NCBI RefSeq assembly: GCF_009914755.1
Contig: NC_060926.1
Reading direction: 5' to 3' (one strand)
Source of the DNA: the human T2T-CHM13v2.0 reference genome, Homo sapiens
DNA length: 64,000 nt
Within the stretch, counting starts at the first letter, position 1. Each line of letters opens with the position of its first letter. A model generated the notes under the pieces. It ran no database searches and was not told the DNA's origin. It saw only the letters and a program-made list of their open reading frames with translations. Positions 43,030-56,092 of the stretch are shown here, piece after piece. Made by a program: the position numbers and the translations under genes.

Positions 43030-43392
43030 CTTGCTGTCTGTATTTCAACCATGCTGGTTTTCTTGCTTCTCCTTAAATACATCAAATATGCCTTAGGGCT
43101 TTTGCAATTGCTGTTTTTTGTGACTAGAATGATTCTTCAGTTGTTTAGCTAGCTCCCTTAGTTTTTCATTTACTTCATGTCTCTACTCAAATACCCTGTA
43201 TAAAATTTTTCAGACCACTTTAAATAATACCTCCTTCTCTCAATTCTCTGTCCTGTTTTATTGTTTTTCACAGCATATCTTATGGTACAATGATGGATAG
43301 TGGCGAATATTTATCTCTTCATTATCTCTTAAAATCGGCGTCACATCTCCATGTGTTGTTCATTGCTATATCTGATGTCTACAATAAAACTT
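43030..43392 (+). mobile_element. L2 3' fragment
   Basis: cttagggcttttgcaattgctgtt...tgttgttcattgctatatct. Confidence 0.55.
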
Positions 43393-43769
43393 TATGAAGA
43401 AGGAAGAGAGGGAAAAAAGAAAGAGGGAAGGAAAGAAGGAATTGCTTTTAAATTCCAGGAAGAGTATAAATGCTGAGAGGAGTGAGGTTGTGAGTTCTTG
43501 GAACTGGCCTGGAGGGACTCAGCAGCCGCTTACGACTGCCCTTGGGATCTCTGCCAGGTCTTCCCTCCCTACAAACCTCAATGGCACCAATACCAACTTG
43601 GATGCCAACTCCTGACCTACACATTTTGGAGGCCAACTAGACCGGATCTAATGATTAATCCCTAGGCTAAGATAAATCAGTTGGAAATTTCAGCTTTAAC
43701 TTTGTTTTTTCTTATCTGCCAGTCTACCTGTTAAGCATATCTGTCACTGTCAAAAGTTTTCGTGTCCCT

Positions 43770-44192
43770 TTACTTATTTCACTTAGCATGTCTCTTCTAG
43801 GTCCATGCATGCTGTCACAAATAGTAAGATTTCCTTCTTTTTTTAAGGCTAGATAATATTCTATTTTATATACAGACCACATTTTCTTTACTCTTTTATC
43901 TGTTGATGATCATTTGGGTTGTTTTCATATTTTTGCTATTGTGAATAATGCTGCAGTAAACACAGAAGTGCATATATCTCTTTGAGATTCTGATTTCAAT
44001 TGCTGGATCATATGGTAGTTCTATTTTTAATTTTTTGAGGAACTTCCATATTATTTTCCATAGCAGCTACACTATTATACATTCCCACCAACAGTGGACA
44101 ATGCTTTCATTTTCTTCACATTCTCAACAACACCTTTCACTTTTTTATAACAGCCATCTTAACAGGTGTGAGATGATTATCTCATTGCAGTG
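43770..44192 (-). mobile_element. L1M fragment
   Basis: cttatttcacttagcatg...gctattgtgaataatgctgca...attcccaccaacagtg...ggtgtgagatgattatctcattg. Confidence 0.85.
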
Positions 44193-44691
44193 CTGATAAA
44201 ACCTTAACCACTTAGTCTAGAGGATAAGCTACCAATCCACAAATCACTAAAATAGATTGAGACGTATCATAGAACTCAAGGGCCAAATTTCCCATGGTTT
44301 TTATATCCCAAAGTACAGTATCTAAGTGGATAATAGATATTTAAAAAAATTGCATGCAAAAATTATTATAAACATAATGTAAAATAAATTAGTTTTCCAA
44401 AACTGTTTTAAAACCCTTAAAAGTCAACTTCTTGCATTACTGATGTTAGACAATTTAACTGACTTAGATAATTGAGTCTTCATGACAATAAGTACTGTGA
44501 TTTAGGTTTCATTTGTGTGTATCAATTTGTGATGCTCTAAATATTTGTACTCCTCCAATATAGAATATCTAAATTTTTATTTTCCAAGATATATAAATAC
44601 TTCCAATGAACACCATCATCTTATCCTGCACAAGATCACTTTGCTTTTCATACTTCTCCATCTGCTAGCTCCAGGATCTCAACGTGTGTAA

Positions 44692-45044
<353 letters not shown>

Positions 45045-45831
45045 CACCCTAGACATTTTATACATATTTCCCTTTTAATTACACCATTCCTCTTTTTTCA
45101 AATCTTTTCTACCTTGGGGAAGGCCTTTTTCCCATTTCAGTTTTTTAATGTTAAAACAAAATATGCGAATCATAGCAAAGTCAAGTCACAGTAGTGCAAT
45201 AATACTCCTAGACCAGGAAAGTGAAGTCATTCAACCTATAAAACAACTTCAAAAACACTTTAAATGCATAGGTACTCTTTTCATAATGTCTTCAAACTTC
45301 CACCAAAATCTCTATTTTGACTTAACACAATATACCCCTCAGGAATTGGTGTCCAAGAAGAAAATTGAAACAGTCATCCATCTTTCTTTTTTTGTTGTTT
45401 TCTATTAGCTGTAATTACATGATTTAGTATGTTTGATTGCAAATGTAATTTTATTTTAGCTCCATTAAGGGTTAAACATATTTGATAGAATGCTTGGTAG
45501 CGTAACCACCAGGTATATCTGTGTGGGGTATGTGCAAACGTATTCTTGGAATATATAAGATTTCTTTCCTATAAAAGAAATGTGTATGTTATTCAAGTTT
45601 AGTAACCATTGTGAGTCTTTGGAAAGGTTAGGTAATTTCTGAGCCTTAGTGTTCTCACCTCAAATGGTGGTCATGAGGATTTAAACGGAGCATATGAAAA
45701 TCCCTTAACAAACTGCTCAGTTAGCATTAAGGAGACGTCCATACATAAGACTGTTACATTAATATTATCAGTAATGTTAGCAAGATGTAAACTTTTCCGT
45801 ATGTATTTTTCCTTGTAACAGCATAATTGCT

Positions 45832-46184
<353 letters not shown>

Positions 46185-46185
46185 A

Positions 46186-46520
<335 letters not shown>

Positions 46521-47319
46521 CTAGATACCATTATTGAACATCTACTCATATCTACTTATCATGTGTAAGACACTAAAGTGGCTGTTTTGGAAAAAACAAA
46601 TTACGATGTATATACATATATATCTCCTAATATATAATATACTCTATATATAACATATAATATAGTCCTTAGAAGTAAATACTACTAATTTACAGGAAAG
46701 CAATATTTAAGAAATTAATATTTGACTAAGACCACATACTGAGTAAAGGAAATATTTGGGAAAAATAAACTTCCTTTCACTATACTAATTTGAACTCAAA
46801 TTTATTTATCTGTGCTTTTAACACTTTATAAAAATATTTTACAGTCTGAAATATAGTAGAGATGTAATATAAATTTTGAAAGGCACTTCTCTGCCTAGCT
46901 GTTCTACAAGTGTTCATTCCTAAAAGTCTGTCAGCTGATCTCATGGGATTATAAGAACCTTATTCCCAGTTGATCCCTGAGTAGGCCACTTCCCTTTTTC
47001 CTACCTGAATTACCATGAGCCAAGTTTGTAAATGGGGTAACAAGAATACATATTTTGTTAAGAGGGAAACAAATTCATCACTTCAACTTTATAATATTTT
47101 GTTCCATGCAAAGATCATTTACAAAGATTGGTCCCATAATATTTACCTAGAAGGAATCACTCAGATAAAGGCATCACTTACCAATAAAGCATTTAATTCA
47201 TCCTATTCAAAATGTCCTCAATAAATTATCTTTACTCTGAGCCCTAAAAGATACACTGTCTATTAGACTTGAAAGAATAGTCATTTAGTAGAGCTTAAAT
47301 CAATATATGAAATATAAAT

Positions 47320-47450
47320 TTTAATTTTTTTGTAGAAACAGATTTTCCTTTTATTGCCCAGGCTGATCTAGAACTCCTGGATCAAGCAATCCTCCAGCCT
47401 CGGCCTCCCAAAGTGATGGGATTGCAGGGGTGACCAGCTGTGCCTGACAT
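47320..47450 (-). mobile_element. Alu left monomer (FLAM/AluJ)
   Basis: tgtagaaacag...gcccaggctg...gcctcggcctcccaaagtg. Confidence 0.8.
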
Positions 47451-47672
47451 AATATTTTATTATCATGAAACATTTTTCTCATTTTTCCCTGTTTTACTCA
47501 TCTGCATGGATTTGAATATCTACATTTACTTCTTTTTTCAAATTCTAAAGTATAGACTCTCAAGAAGATGACATATTTTTAAAATAATTACATTGGATTT
47601 AAAAACATATAGTGTAGGAGCAACTAGTAAAAGTTGACAGATACCACATCCAGTGAAATTACCCCCAGTTAA

Positions 47673-48050
<378 letters not shown>

Positions 48051-49561
48051 AATCTTTAAAAATCAGATAATACAGGGAGTCTAGGTGTGCATATAGCACA
48101 TAAAATTTTTATTAAAAATCTTATGGGAATGTTTTTAATACTTATATTTTAATGCATGCTTCTAATCTTATTTATCTTTCTTTAGAGGCTCAATTTTCCA
48201 ATTATTTGTACTAATAGTTTGACCTAAAAGTGGAGTAAAATTTGCCTTACTGGCGTACATATCAAACATTTGGAAGATGAGATGTAGGAGAGAAGAAGGA
48301 AAAAAAAAAAGAAAAAGGGCATTCATTGCAGGGCAGGATGCTAACTTAATTGTAAATGTACACACTCTTTCTAAATTTCCAAGTGAACAATCCTAGGTGC
48401 AATTAGAGCTTTATTGTATTTTGATAAATGATTCAGAAAGCTTTGTAAAAAATCCAAGGAGACATTTTAAAGAAATTTATGATCAGTAATAGCAGTCTCT
48501 CTAACACTTGACATAACAAGAGGAAATCATAAAATGAATAGCAAGGAAATTACAGTTAAAGTAACGTTAGGTTTCAACAGTAATATATGGCATTTTTGGC
48601 TCCATGTTATATCACTTTAAAAAATCTAAAGATAGTTCATCTCCTGTGTTAAAGAAACAACAACAACATATTTTTTGCTTACAGTAAGTTGTTATTTTAA
48701 AAAGAGACGTGGAAAGAACGGTTTTCTCTATAGAACTAAAAAGATATAGAATAATTCAGTTCTACATATGTCAATTCAAACTTGTCTGTGGCAGATTATG
48801 CTTACTGGCACTGTTCAAGGCATTCCCCTCTTCCTTCCCCACTTTATCATGGCCTGGCATTTTTCCTCACCACCCAGAAGGGTTTCATTCCTCCAAACTT
48901 CATTCCACCTTTAGCTGCCAAGAGCTGATGGCTTTTTCTTTTGCCTAAAGCCATTTCCTTCCAGCAAGGCAGAGGAAAGGGTAAGTGATACCTTCAATGA
49001 AGAAATTTCATTTTTTAGAATGGCAGGACACCAAAATTGTTATCTCATATTCCACAAAAGTATTCTACCCACATTCTCTGGATGCTCTCATAAATCCTCA
49101 TATAAAATATTTTTATACAATTTTATAATATCTATTTTAATATGACCTTGCCTCTCAAGTGGTAATCTAACTCTACACAGTTCTAAAGGAAGATGTCATA
49201 ATACTTCTGTAAAGAATAAATTAGCTAATTTGTGATGTGTAATATGAAGGACCATCTTCAATTAGTACACAGATGCCCTCCAATACAACATCCACAATAT
49301 GTCCTCTTCAGAGCAAATTTTTAAAAATCCCTGCTCACAATTAGTGAAATAATTTAGTCCTTCAAGATGTAATGTGGTAACCAAATTATTTACCAAAAAT
49401 CTGTGGCTGGCCATTTGCTACATAAAAAAATCATTAATCAGTTTGTCACCTAATTGAAAGCTAAATTTTCAACCAAATGTTAATAGCAAAACTAGTTGTT
49501 TGTTTAATATCTTTAAGCATAGTCTGCAAAAATAAAGGGGGGAGGCAAATCACCATACAAA

Positions 49562-49600
49562 GTGTGTGTGTGTGTGTGTGTGAGTGTGAGTGTGTGTGTG
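49562..49600. repeat. (TG)n microsatellite, interrupted
   Basis: Direct reading of the sequence. Confidence 0.95.
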
Positions 49601-50269
49601 GTAAAATTCTAGTATGAAAATGACACAATCATTTATGAGCATGAAGTTTGCAGTCCTTACTTCCACTCTAATAACAGTGATGGGTCTTCATGGATAAGCC
49701 CACATTGCCTCTCTGAACCTTCCTTAGAGAATGCTTCAAATATTTGGATAATGTGCCCTTTGTACCTGGGGCAAACATCAATTTAGACCGTGTGGAAACC
49801 TAACTTATGGCCTCCGCCTCATCTGACTACATTTCTATCAACTGAGCTCACATAAGCATCTATGTTTATTTTAAAAGAATATTTTAAATTCATAGTCAGT
49901 GACTATTGACTGGCCCTCAAATTTCTGTTAGATGATACAGATTTAAACCTAACAAGGTTATCATTTTAGATTTGGAGTCACTTATAACCATATTAGTTTA
50001 TGCAATCCAATTTTTTCTTAAAATATATTTTAATACATTTGTGGTCACTGCCTTTCTAAGAATGCATTACAAATTACTTACCTTTAAGTACATTATCACC
50101 TACACTGATAAAAGAGAGAATACATCTCAGGATATTTTAATTTTACCTCCTCAATATCATACCATGATATTGTAAAAATACTAAATGCTTGACAAATAAA
50201 AAATAGAATCACAAAATTCATGTTTCCAGGGTTAATATGCTTTATTCTGGAAGAATCCATATTTTTGTA

Positions 50270-51200
50270 TTTTATTATTTATATAAATATCTACGAACCC
50301 CCTACTACTTGATGCCAGGCACTATTCTGGAAGCTAAGTCAACAATGAAGACATAGTCTGGGTTCCCTTGGAGTATTTGGTATGCAAATTCACAAAATAC
50401 CTGCATGCTGTAACAAGCAGTATGAAAGAAACAAGGTTCCAACATCAAGACCAACACGGGACAACCTACTTTTAACAAGATGATCAAAAATGATCTTTCC
50501 AAAACAAAAAAACCTCGAGTTGAGATTTAAAGTTTAAGAAGGAGTAAGCACGCATAGAGTTCAGGCATTGGGAACAGCATTTGAAAAGGCCTTAAAGAGT
50601 GCTATTGTTTCATGTGTTTTAGCCACGACCTGGGCAGGAGCACCTTAATGAGAAGAGAATAGGTTCTGGTGAGGTTGGAGAGAAGGGACAGAACAGAGAG
50701 TAAACCATATGCTGAGGAAAGGCATTTACTGTTGTTGCTAATTGGTCTCTGTGTTGCCATGTTTATTTCTTCTTCTCCTCTTCTTCTTCCTCTTTTTTTT
50801 TTTTTTTAAATGCAGTTGTGAGCCAATGTTTGTTAGGGGAGACAGGATGGTATTGCTTTGTATAGAGAATGAATTGCAGGGGAGAAAATTACAGAAGTGG
50901 AGAGATTGATATGGAGGCTGTGGCAGGATTCCAAGTAAATTATGATGATGACCTGAACTAATTTGGTGGCCGTGTAGATACAGAAAAGAGGGTGAATGAG
51001 AGGCATCTGAGACGTATGATGAAATAGAAATAAGTTTGGGAGATAAGATTGATAGATCTACTTACAGGCTGGAAAGGGCTGAAATGGAGTAATAAGGAAG
51101 AGAGCAATCAAAGGTGATTTCAATACTTGGATGGTGAAGGCATTTATTCAGATAATGAAGATGGGAGGAAAGAATCTGAGACAGAGTTTTAGGGAAAGTC
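50270..51200 (-). mobile_element. L2 fragments
   Basis: tgccaggcactattctggaagct...ggaggctgtggcaggattccaagtaaattatgatgatgacctgaacta. Confidence 0.6.
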
Positions 51201-53176
51201 ATAAATTATTATCATTATGACATCTAGAATGTTCCATTTACATCAATAAACTTTAAGCTCTTTTACAAGATCATGACTTGTCTTAGAAAAGTACCATATA
51301 AATCCTTCTAGCACTTCACACTCTTTTGCATAACTAATAGGAATAGAAATTGGATAAAAAATAGATTTTATTATTCATGTAAAATGAAAAATTCTACTTT
51401 TTTCCTTGCCACAGAGAAAGTGGGTTGATTATATTAAATAAATAGAACCCTACTGATTGCTCTTCTGAATTTATTTATTTGTTTATCTATTTTGCTTCTG
51501 AAACTCAGCACAGCAACAGGTAGTAAAAACATAGAAGCATTACCACAGAAGGGCTCCCATGATTATATGCAGGCCCTAGGGGAAAGGAGGCCCAAGATGC
51601 TTTTGGCAGAGAGCCAGACCTGACTCATCTTTCTTCTGTAGAAGCATCAGGTACTCTGTGAGCCTAGCCCTGCACCATAGGAATCAAGGCATATCATATA
51701 TCCAGTCACTGTAAAAACACATCACTGAGTCCCACAACTGCACAGTGGCTTACTTAAGGAAACCTCCTTTTAAACCTCTACAAAATTTTAAAAAACTTGT
51801 CTTAAGCCAAACTATCAGTTGCCTAAATAGAGGGCACATTCTTCTTTACATCAAATACCATATTCTGTCTAGAGTTTTGTTGTTGATAAGCTAGTCTAAC
51901 AATCATGAAAATTTGCGACACAGGGATCAGATAAGACTAGCTTTCAAACTAATCAATAATTTTTAAAAAATCTCACCATAATTATAAGAAAAAATTATAA
52001 ACTTTTTTAAATAGTGGAAAAAATCTGAAGAATTTGCAATAAAATGAACAGTTTAATAATTGGATTTGGTTTGCAGTTTATATAAAATAGGTTTATATTG
52101 ATGTTAAAGCAAAAATTATAAAATATATTTAAATAACAAGGAAAGAAAGAGAAAGAAAATCTTTATCTTGTCTACAGGGAAGAAGAAATAGAAAAGAATA
52201 ATAAATATGTTTCTGAAAAGAACTGAACTTCCCAACACTGACTTCCTATTCAGTAACTGACAAGCTATCACTTCCTTGAAAGCTTACTTTGATTTGGCTT
52301 TTATCTTACTGACACTAGCTTCTTAAAAACCCCCCTAAGTTTCTCATGTAAATTGCTCTTAACATCAGAGTAGATATAATCTATGAACGCTCCAACTTAA
52401 AAAAAAAAAACTAAAATAATGAGTGAAATGTTTACTATAATCACAAAAACTGGCATTAATGTTTCTAGTTTCTTGTTCTGATTTTTGTCTTGAATATAAG
52501 GCACGAAAATATCCATTTTTTCCTAAAAGTAAATGAGTTTCCCAAGTTGAATTCGATAAAAAGTTAAAAGGATTCTGCATCTTTTCTGAATTTCACTATA
52601 AAGTGCTTATTCGAAAAAATAAATAAATAATCTGCGCTGAGAAATAGGGGCAGAGCTGTCCTGTCAATTATTTGTGTTTGTGTGCTCTTAAGGGGTGCGG
52701 GGTTCTTTTCTGTCCCCACAGGTTGTATCTGCTAAGCTGGTTCTGCACGCTCAGCTTTGCAGATGGGAAATACAGCACATGCTTTTTGCTCGTAAAAAAT
52801 GTGAGCTGCCCCTTGAATTGAAGTCCATCTAACAACTCTGCTAGCGTAAACAGAAATAAAAGACAGTAAACCACCAGGCATTGCTACCCTTCCTTTCCAC
52901 AGTTTCAGAACCTGGCAGCAAACCCACAGAGTCAAAACCGCACAGGAGCTGCCCAGCTATCGAAATAACTACGCTTCCAGCCCTTCTTCCTCCCATTGCT
53001 GGAACCACCCGGTCAAGCTTCTCCCCTCTCTTCTTTCCAGGTGGCGTAATACAGGGTTCCAGAACCGAGATGTGAAAATAGACACAGGTGGGTGTGGCGG
53101 TTGAGGCGAGCACGGGCGAAAGACCGAGGGCTTCTCCTCCCCTCCCCACAGAAGCAGCAAAAGAAAAGGCACTTAC

Positions 53177-53467
53177 TTGCAACCTAGCCCGCCGATCATC
53201 CCCACCCAGTGCACCTGCAGAATCTGGCTCCAGGAGAGGGCGCGGGCCTCTCCTTCCCCGGCGCTCTCTCAGGGCTGCTTCTTTTTCTCTGGGCTCCTGT
53301 TGCTCAGGGGACGCCTGCCGCTAGCAGCCACTGGCACCCAGGCTAGCCCAGCCTCAGCCGAGCTGGCGGAATTGGAAAGCCGACAGCCGCCGCTGGAGCG
53401 CTGGCGACCGCCTGCAAGCAGACTGCGCCCCTCCTGCCAGGGCGCGCCCGTGGAGGTAGCAGCCCCG
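53177..53467 (-). other. SCN9A: Non-coding first exon (5' UTR) of the Nav1.7 voltage-gated sodium channel gene
   Basis: Minus strand reads cggggctgctacctccacgggcgcgccctggcaggagg...gggctaggttgcaa, which I recall as the start of the SCN9A mRNA. It ends at a consensus donor GCAA|GTAAGT (GT at 53176-53175) and lies in a CpG island. The 5' boundary is approximate (several TSSs likely, ~53420-53470). Confidence 0.9.
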
Positions 53468-53700
53468 CCTCCCCGAGGGCAGCTGCGCCGCTTTGCCTCC
53501 TCCACTCCTCCCAGCGCGCCCGGGTCCCCACCCCTTGCTCCCTCCCTCCCTCCCTCTCTCCACTCCTGCGGGCGGCGCAGGGCGGGGACCCAGCTAGGGG
53601 CGCGGTGGTGGCGACGCTGTAGCCTCTGCACCATGCGCTAATAGAAGGCGGAGGAGGGGGTTGCACGACCTGCCATCCACGGCCACCCATTGGGTGGGGC

Positions 53701-53732
53701 GTGTGTGTGTTTGAGTGTGTGTGTGTGTGTGT
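53701..53732. repeat. Promoter (GT)n microsatellite, interrupted
   Basis: gtgtgtgtgtttgagtgtgtgtgtgtgtgtgt, directly after a GC box. Confidence 0.95.
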
Positions 53733-54861
53733 CCAGCAGCCAGAAGAGCCCTTCCCTTATCTCACCCCCGCCCCCATCATCCCTTTCCTCCCTTCCTGCT
53801 CAGCAGAATCGGCTAATGTTTCCGAGAAGTCACTTTGTGTGGCTTGGTGGGGAGCTGGAGAAAAACTCCGGAGCAGAGGAGGTGGGGACCAATGGCAAAG
53901 CCCTGAGTCTGGGGCAGTGGCTGGGGAGCCAGACAACACCGCCAGGCCAGCGCCTCCCCGACCTTGGGCTCTGAAGAGTCTAGGCTGGGAATTGGTTTCT
54001 TCCGTAGGGCTTTGCTCACAACCGCGAGTGGGGCGGTGACGCTCAAGACCGGTATCTAGGCTATGTTTTCTGTTTTCTTTATATATATGTATATATAAAA
54101 TCAATTGAATTGCAGCGTCTTCCAGGCAAGCAAATAATACATTTTCTTTCGAAGATGCAGTGAAGAATCAGAGGAGGTCCTAGGTGGGGAAAGAAACGTG
54201 GGGAAAAGGCTGCTTTTCCAGACCTGGGACCCGATTATCTGAATATGCCATCAGTCATATGGGTTCTGAATTTCAGAGCTGGTAGGAGCGACTGTGAAAA
54301 TAAATTTTTTAAAAATTCATTTTGTGTGGAGTGTGTGCGTGCGCTTTCCTACAGCAGCCTGGGAGGAAGAACAATGGAAACAGGGTTGAATTATCTTTCT
54401 CAAAGAGAAACAGGAAATTTCCACCAAGGGAAGAAATCAAAGGATGGCCATAGGGCAGGGTGCCTCTCAAAAGGGCAGACCACTTTGCAGGATAAACACT
54501 AGTGACGGGCACTTTTATTATTTGCTTCCACACCTTCTATCATGGAAATGATGCTTAGAGATAACCGGAAGGAAATCAAATCCCAGGGTCTACTTTTCCC
54601 TGCTGCTTTCTTTGCTTCTGAGATTTGTCCTGGGGCTTTGGACCTTACATTCTTGACTTGTAAGATGTGCTATTGAAGGAAGGAAACTTCAGTGACTGAG
54701 ACTGTGCAATGAAGGTGAACTAGCTCACTTGTGATAATTCTCAGTGCCATATCCTGGACAAATCGCCTTCTCTTCCCTGATTGGTGGTAGATATAGGAAG
54801 AAGAGTTCAACTGCAATAGGAATAATGGTCTTTTTTATTAGATGCAAGCAATGCCACATTC

Positions 54862-56092
54862 TTTTATTTTTAAAATTTTATTTTTAGAGCAATTTTAGGT
54901 TCACAGCAAAACTGAAGGGAGGGTACAGAGATTTCCCACATAACCGCTACTCCCACACAAGAATAGCCTCCCCCATTATCAACATTCCCCACCAGAATGA
55001 AACATTTGTTAAAATTAATGAACTTACTTTGAGGTTTCATTATCTCCCAAGGTCTGTAGTTCACATTTAGGGTTAGCTCATGGTGTTGTCCATTCTATGG
55101 GGTTAGGCAAATATATAATGACATGTATCCACCATTACAGTATCTTACAGAGTAATTTCAGTTCTCTCCTGAATTCTCTGTGTTCCACTTATTCATCTCC
55201 CATTTCAACCCCTGGCAAGTACTGATCATTTTACTGTCTTTATAGTTTTGCCTTCTCCAGGATATCCTATAGTTGCAATAATACAGAATATAGCCCTTTC
55301 AGATTGACTCCTTTCACTTAGCAATATGCTTTTAGTTTTCCTCCATGGCTTTTCATAGCTTGATAGCTCATTTCTTTACAGTGCTGAATAATATTCCATT
55401 GACTGGTGGTACCATAGTTTATTCATTCACCTACTGAAGGACATCTTGTTTGCTTCCAAGTTTTAGCAATTATGCGTAAAGCCTCTATAAACATCTTTGT
55501 GAAGGTTACTGTGTGGACATGTTTTCAAGTCCTTTGGGTGAACATCAAGGAGCACAATTGCTGGATCATATGGTGAGAGTATGTTTAGTTTTTAAAGAAA
55601 CTGCTACACTGTCCTCAAAGTGGCTGGAGCATTTTGCATTCCCACCAGCAATACATGAGAGTTCCTGTTGCCTCACATCCTTGGCCAGAACTTGATATCA
55701 TCAGTGTTCTGGATTTTGGTTATTCCAATACATATGTGGTGGTATCTCATGCCCATTGTTGATACCATAAGTGTTATTTGATTTGCATTTCCCCTGTGAT
55801 ATATGATGTGGATCACCTTTTTATATGCTTATTTGCAATATGTGCATCTTCTTTGGTCTGTTAAGGTATATGGCCCATTTTTTTCATTGGGTTATTTCTT
55901 TTCTTGTTGTTGAGTTTTAAGCTTTATTTGTATATTTTGGTTAACAGTCATTTGTCAGATGTGTCTTTTGCAAATATTTATCTAACACTGGCTTGTTGTC
56001 CGTTTTTGCAGAGCAGAAGTTTTTAATTTTAATGCAGTTCACCTTAGCAATTATGTCTCTTATAGATTATGCCTTTGCTGTTATATCTAGAA
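54862..56092 (-). mobile_element. L1MC1-like LINE 3' portion
   Basis: ttttatttttagagcaattttaggttcacagcaaaactga...cattttgcattcccaccagcaat...tttgcaaatattt. Confidence 0.85.

Larger units (their letters stand above)
52850..54100. promoter_or_regulatory. SCN9A: CpG island / SCN9A promoter
   Basis: Abrupt rise in GC and CpG against an AT-rich background. GC boxes at 53581-53588 (ggcgggga), 53696-53703 (ggggcgtg) and 54030-54037. CCAAT boxes at 53689-53693 (minus), 53889-53893 (plus) and 53991-53995 (minus). Confidence 0.9.

Noticed and set aside
53622-53642. Possible REST/RE1 site (ctctgcaccatgcgct)
   Set aside because: Only a partial left half-site; the GGACAG half is missing. I saw no canonical RE1 by eye.
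52668-54104. Cluster of overlapping 60-154 aa ORFs on both strands
   Set aside because: Expected in a GC-rich CpG island with few stop codons. The translations are low-complexity R/G/P/A-rich with no recognisable domain, and the exon is a 5' UTR.
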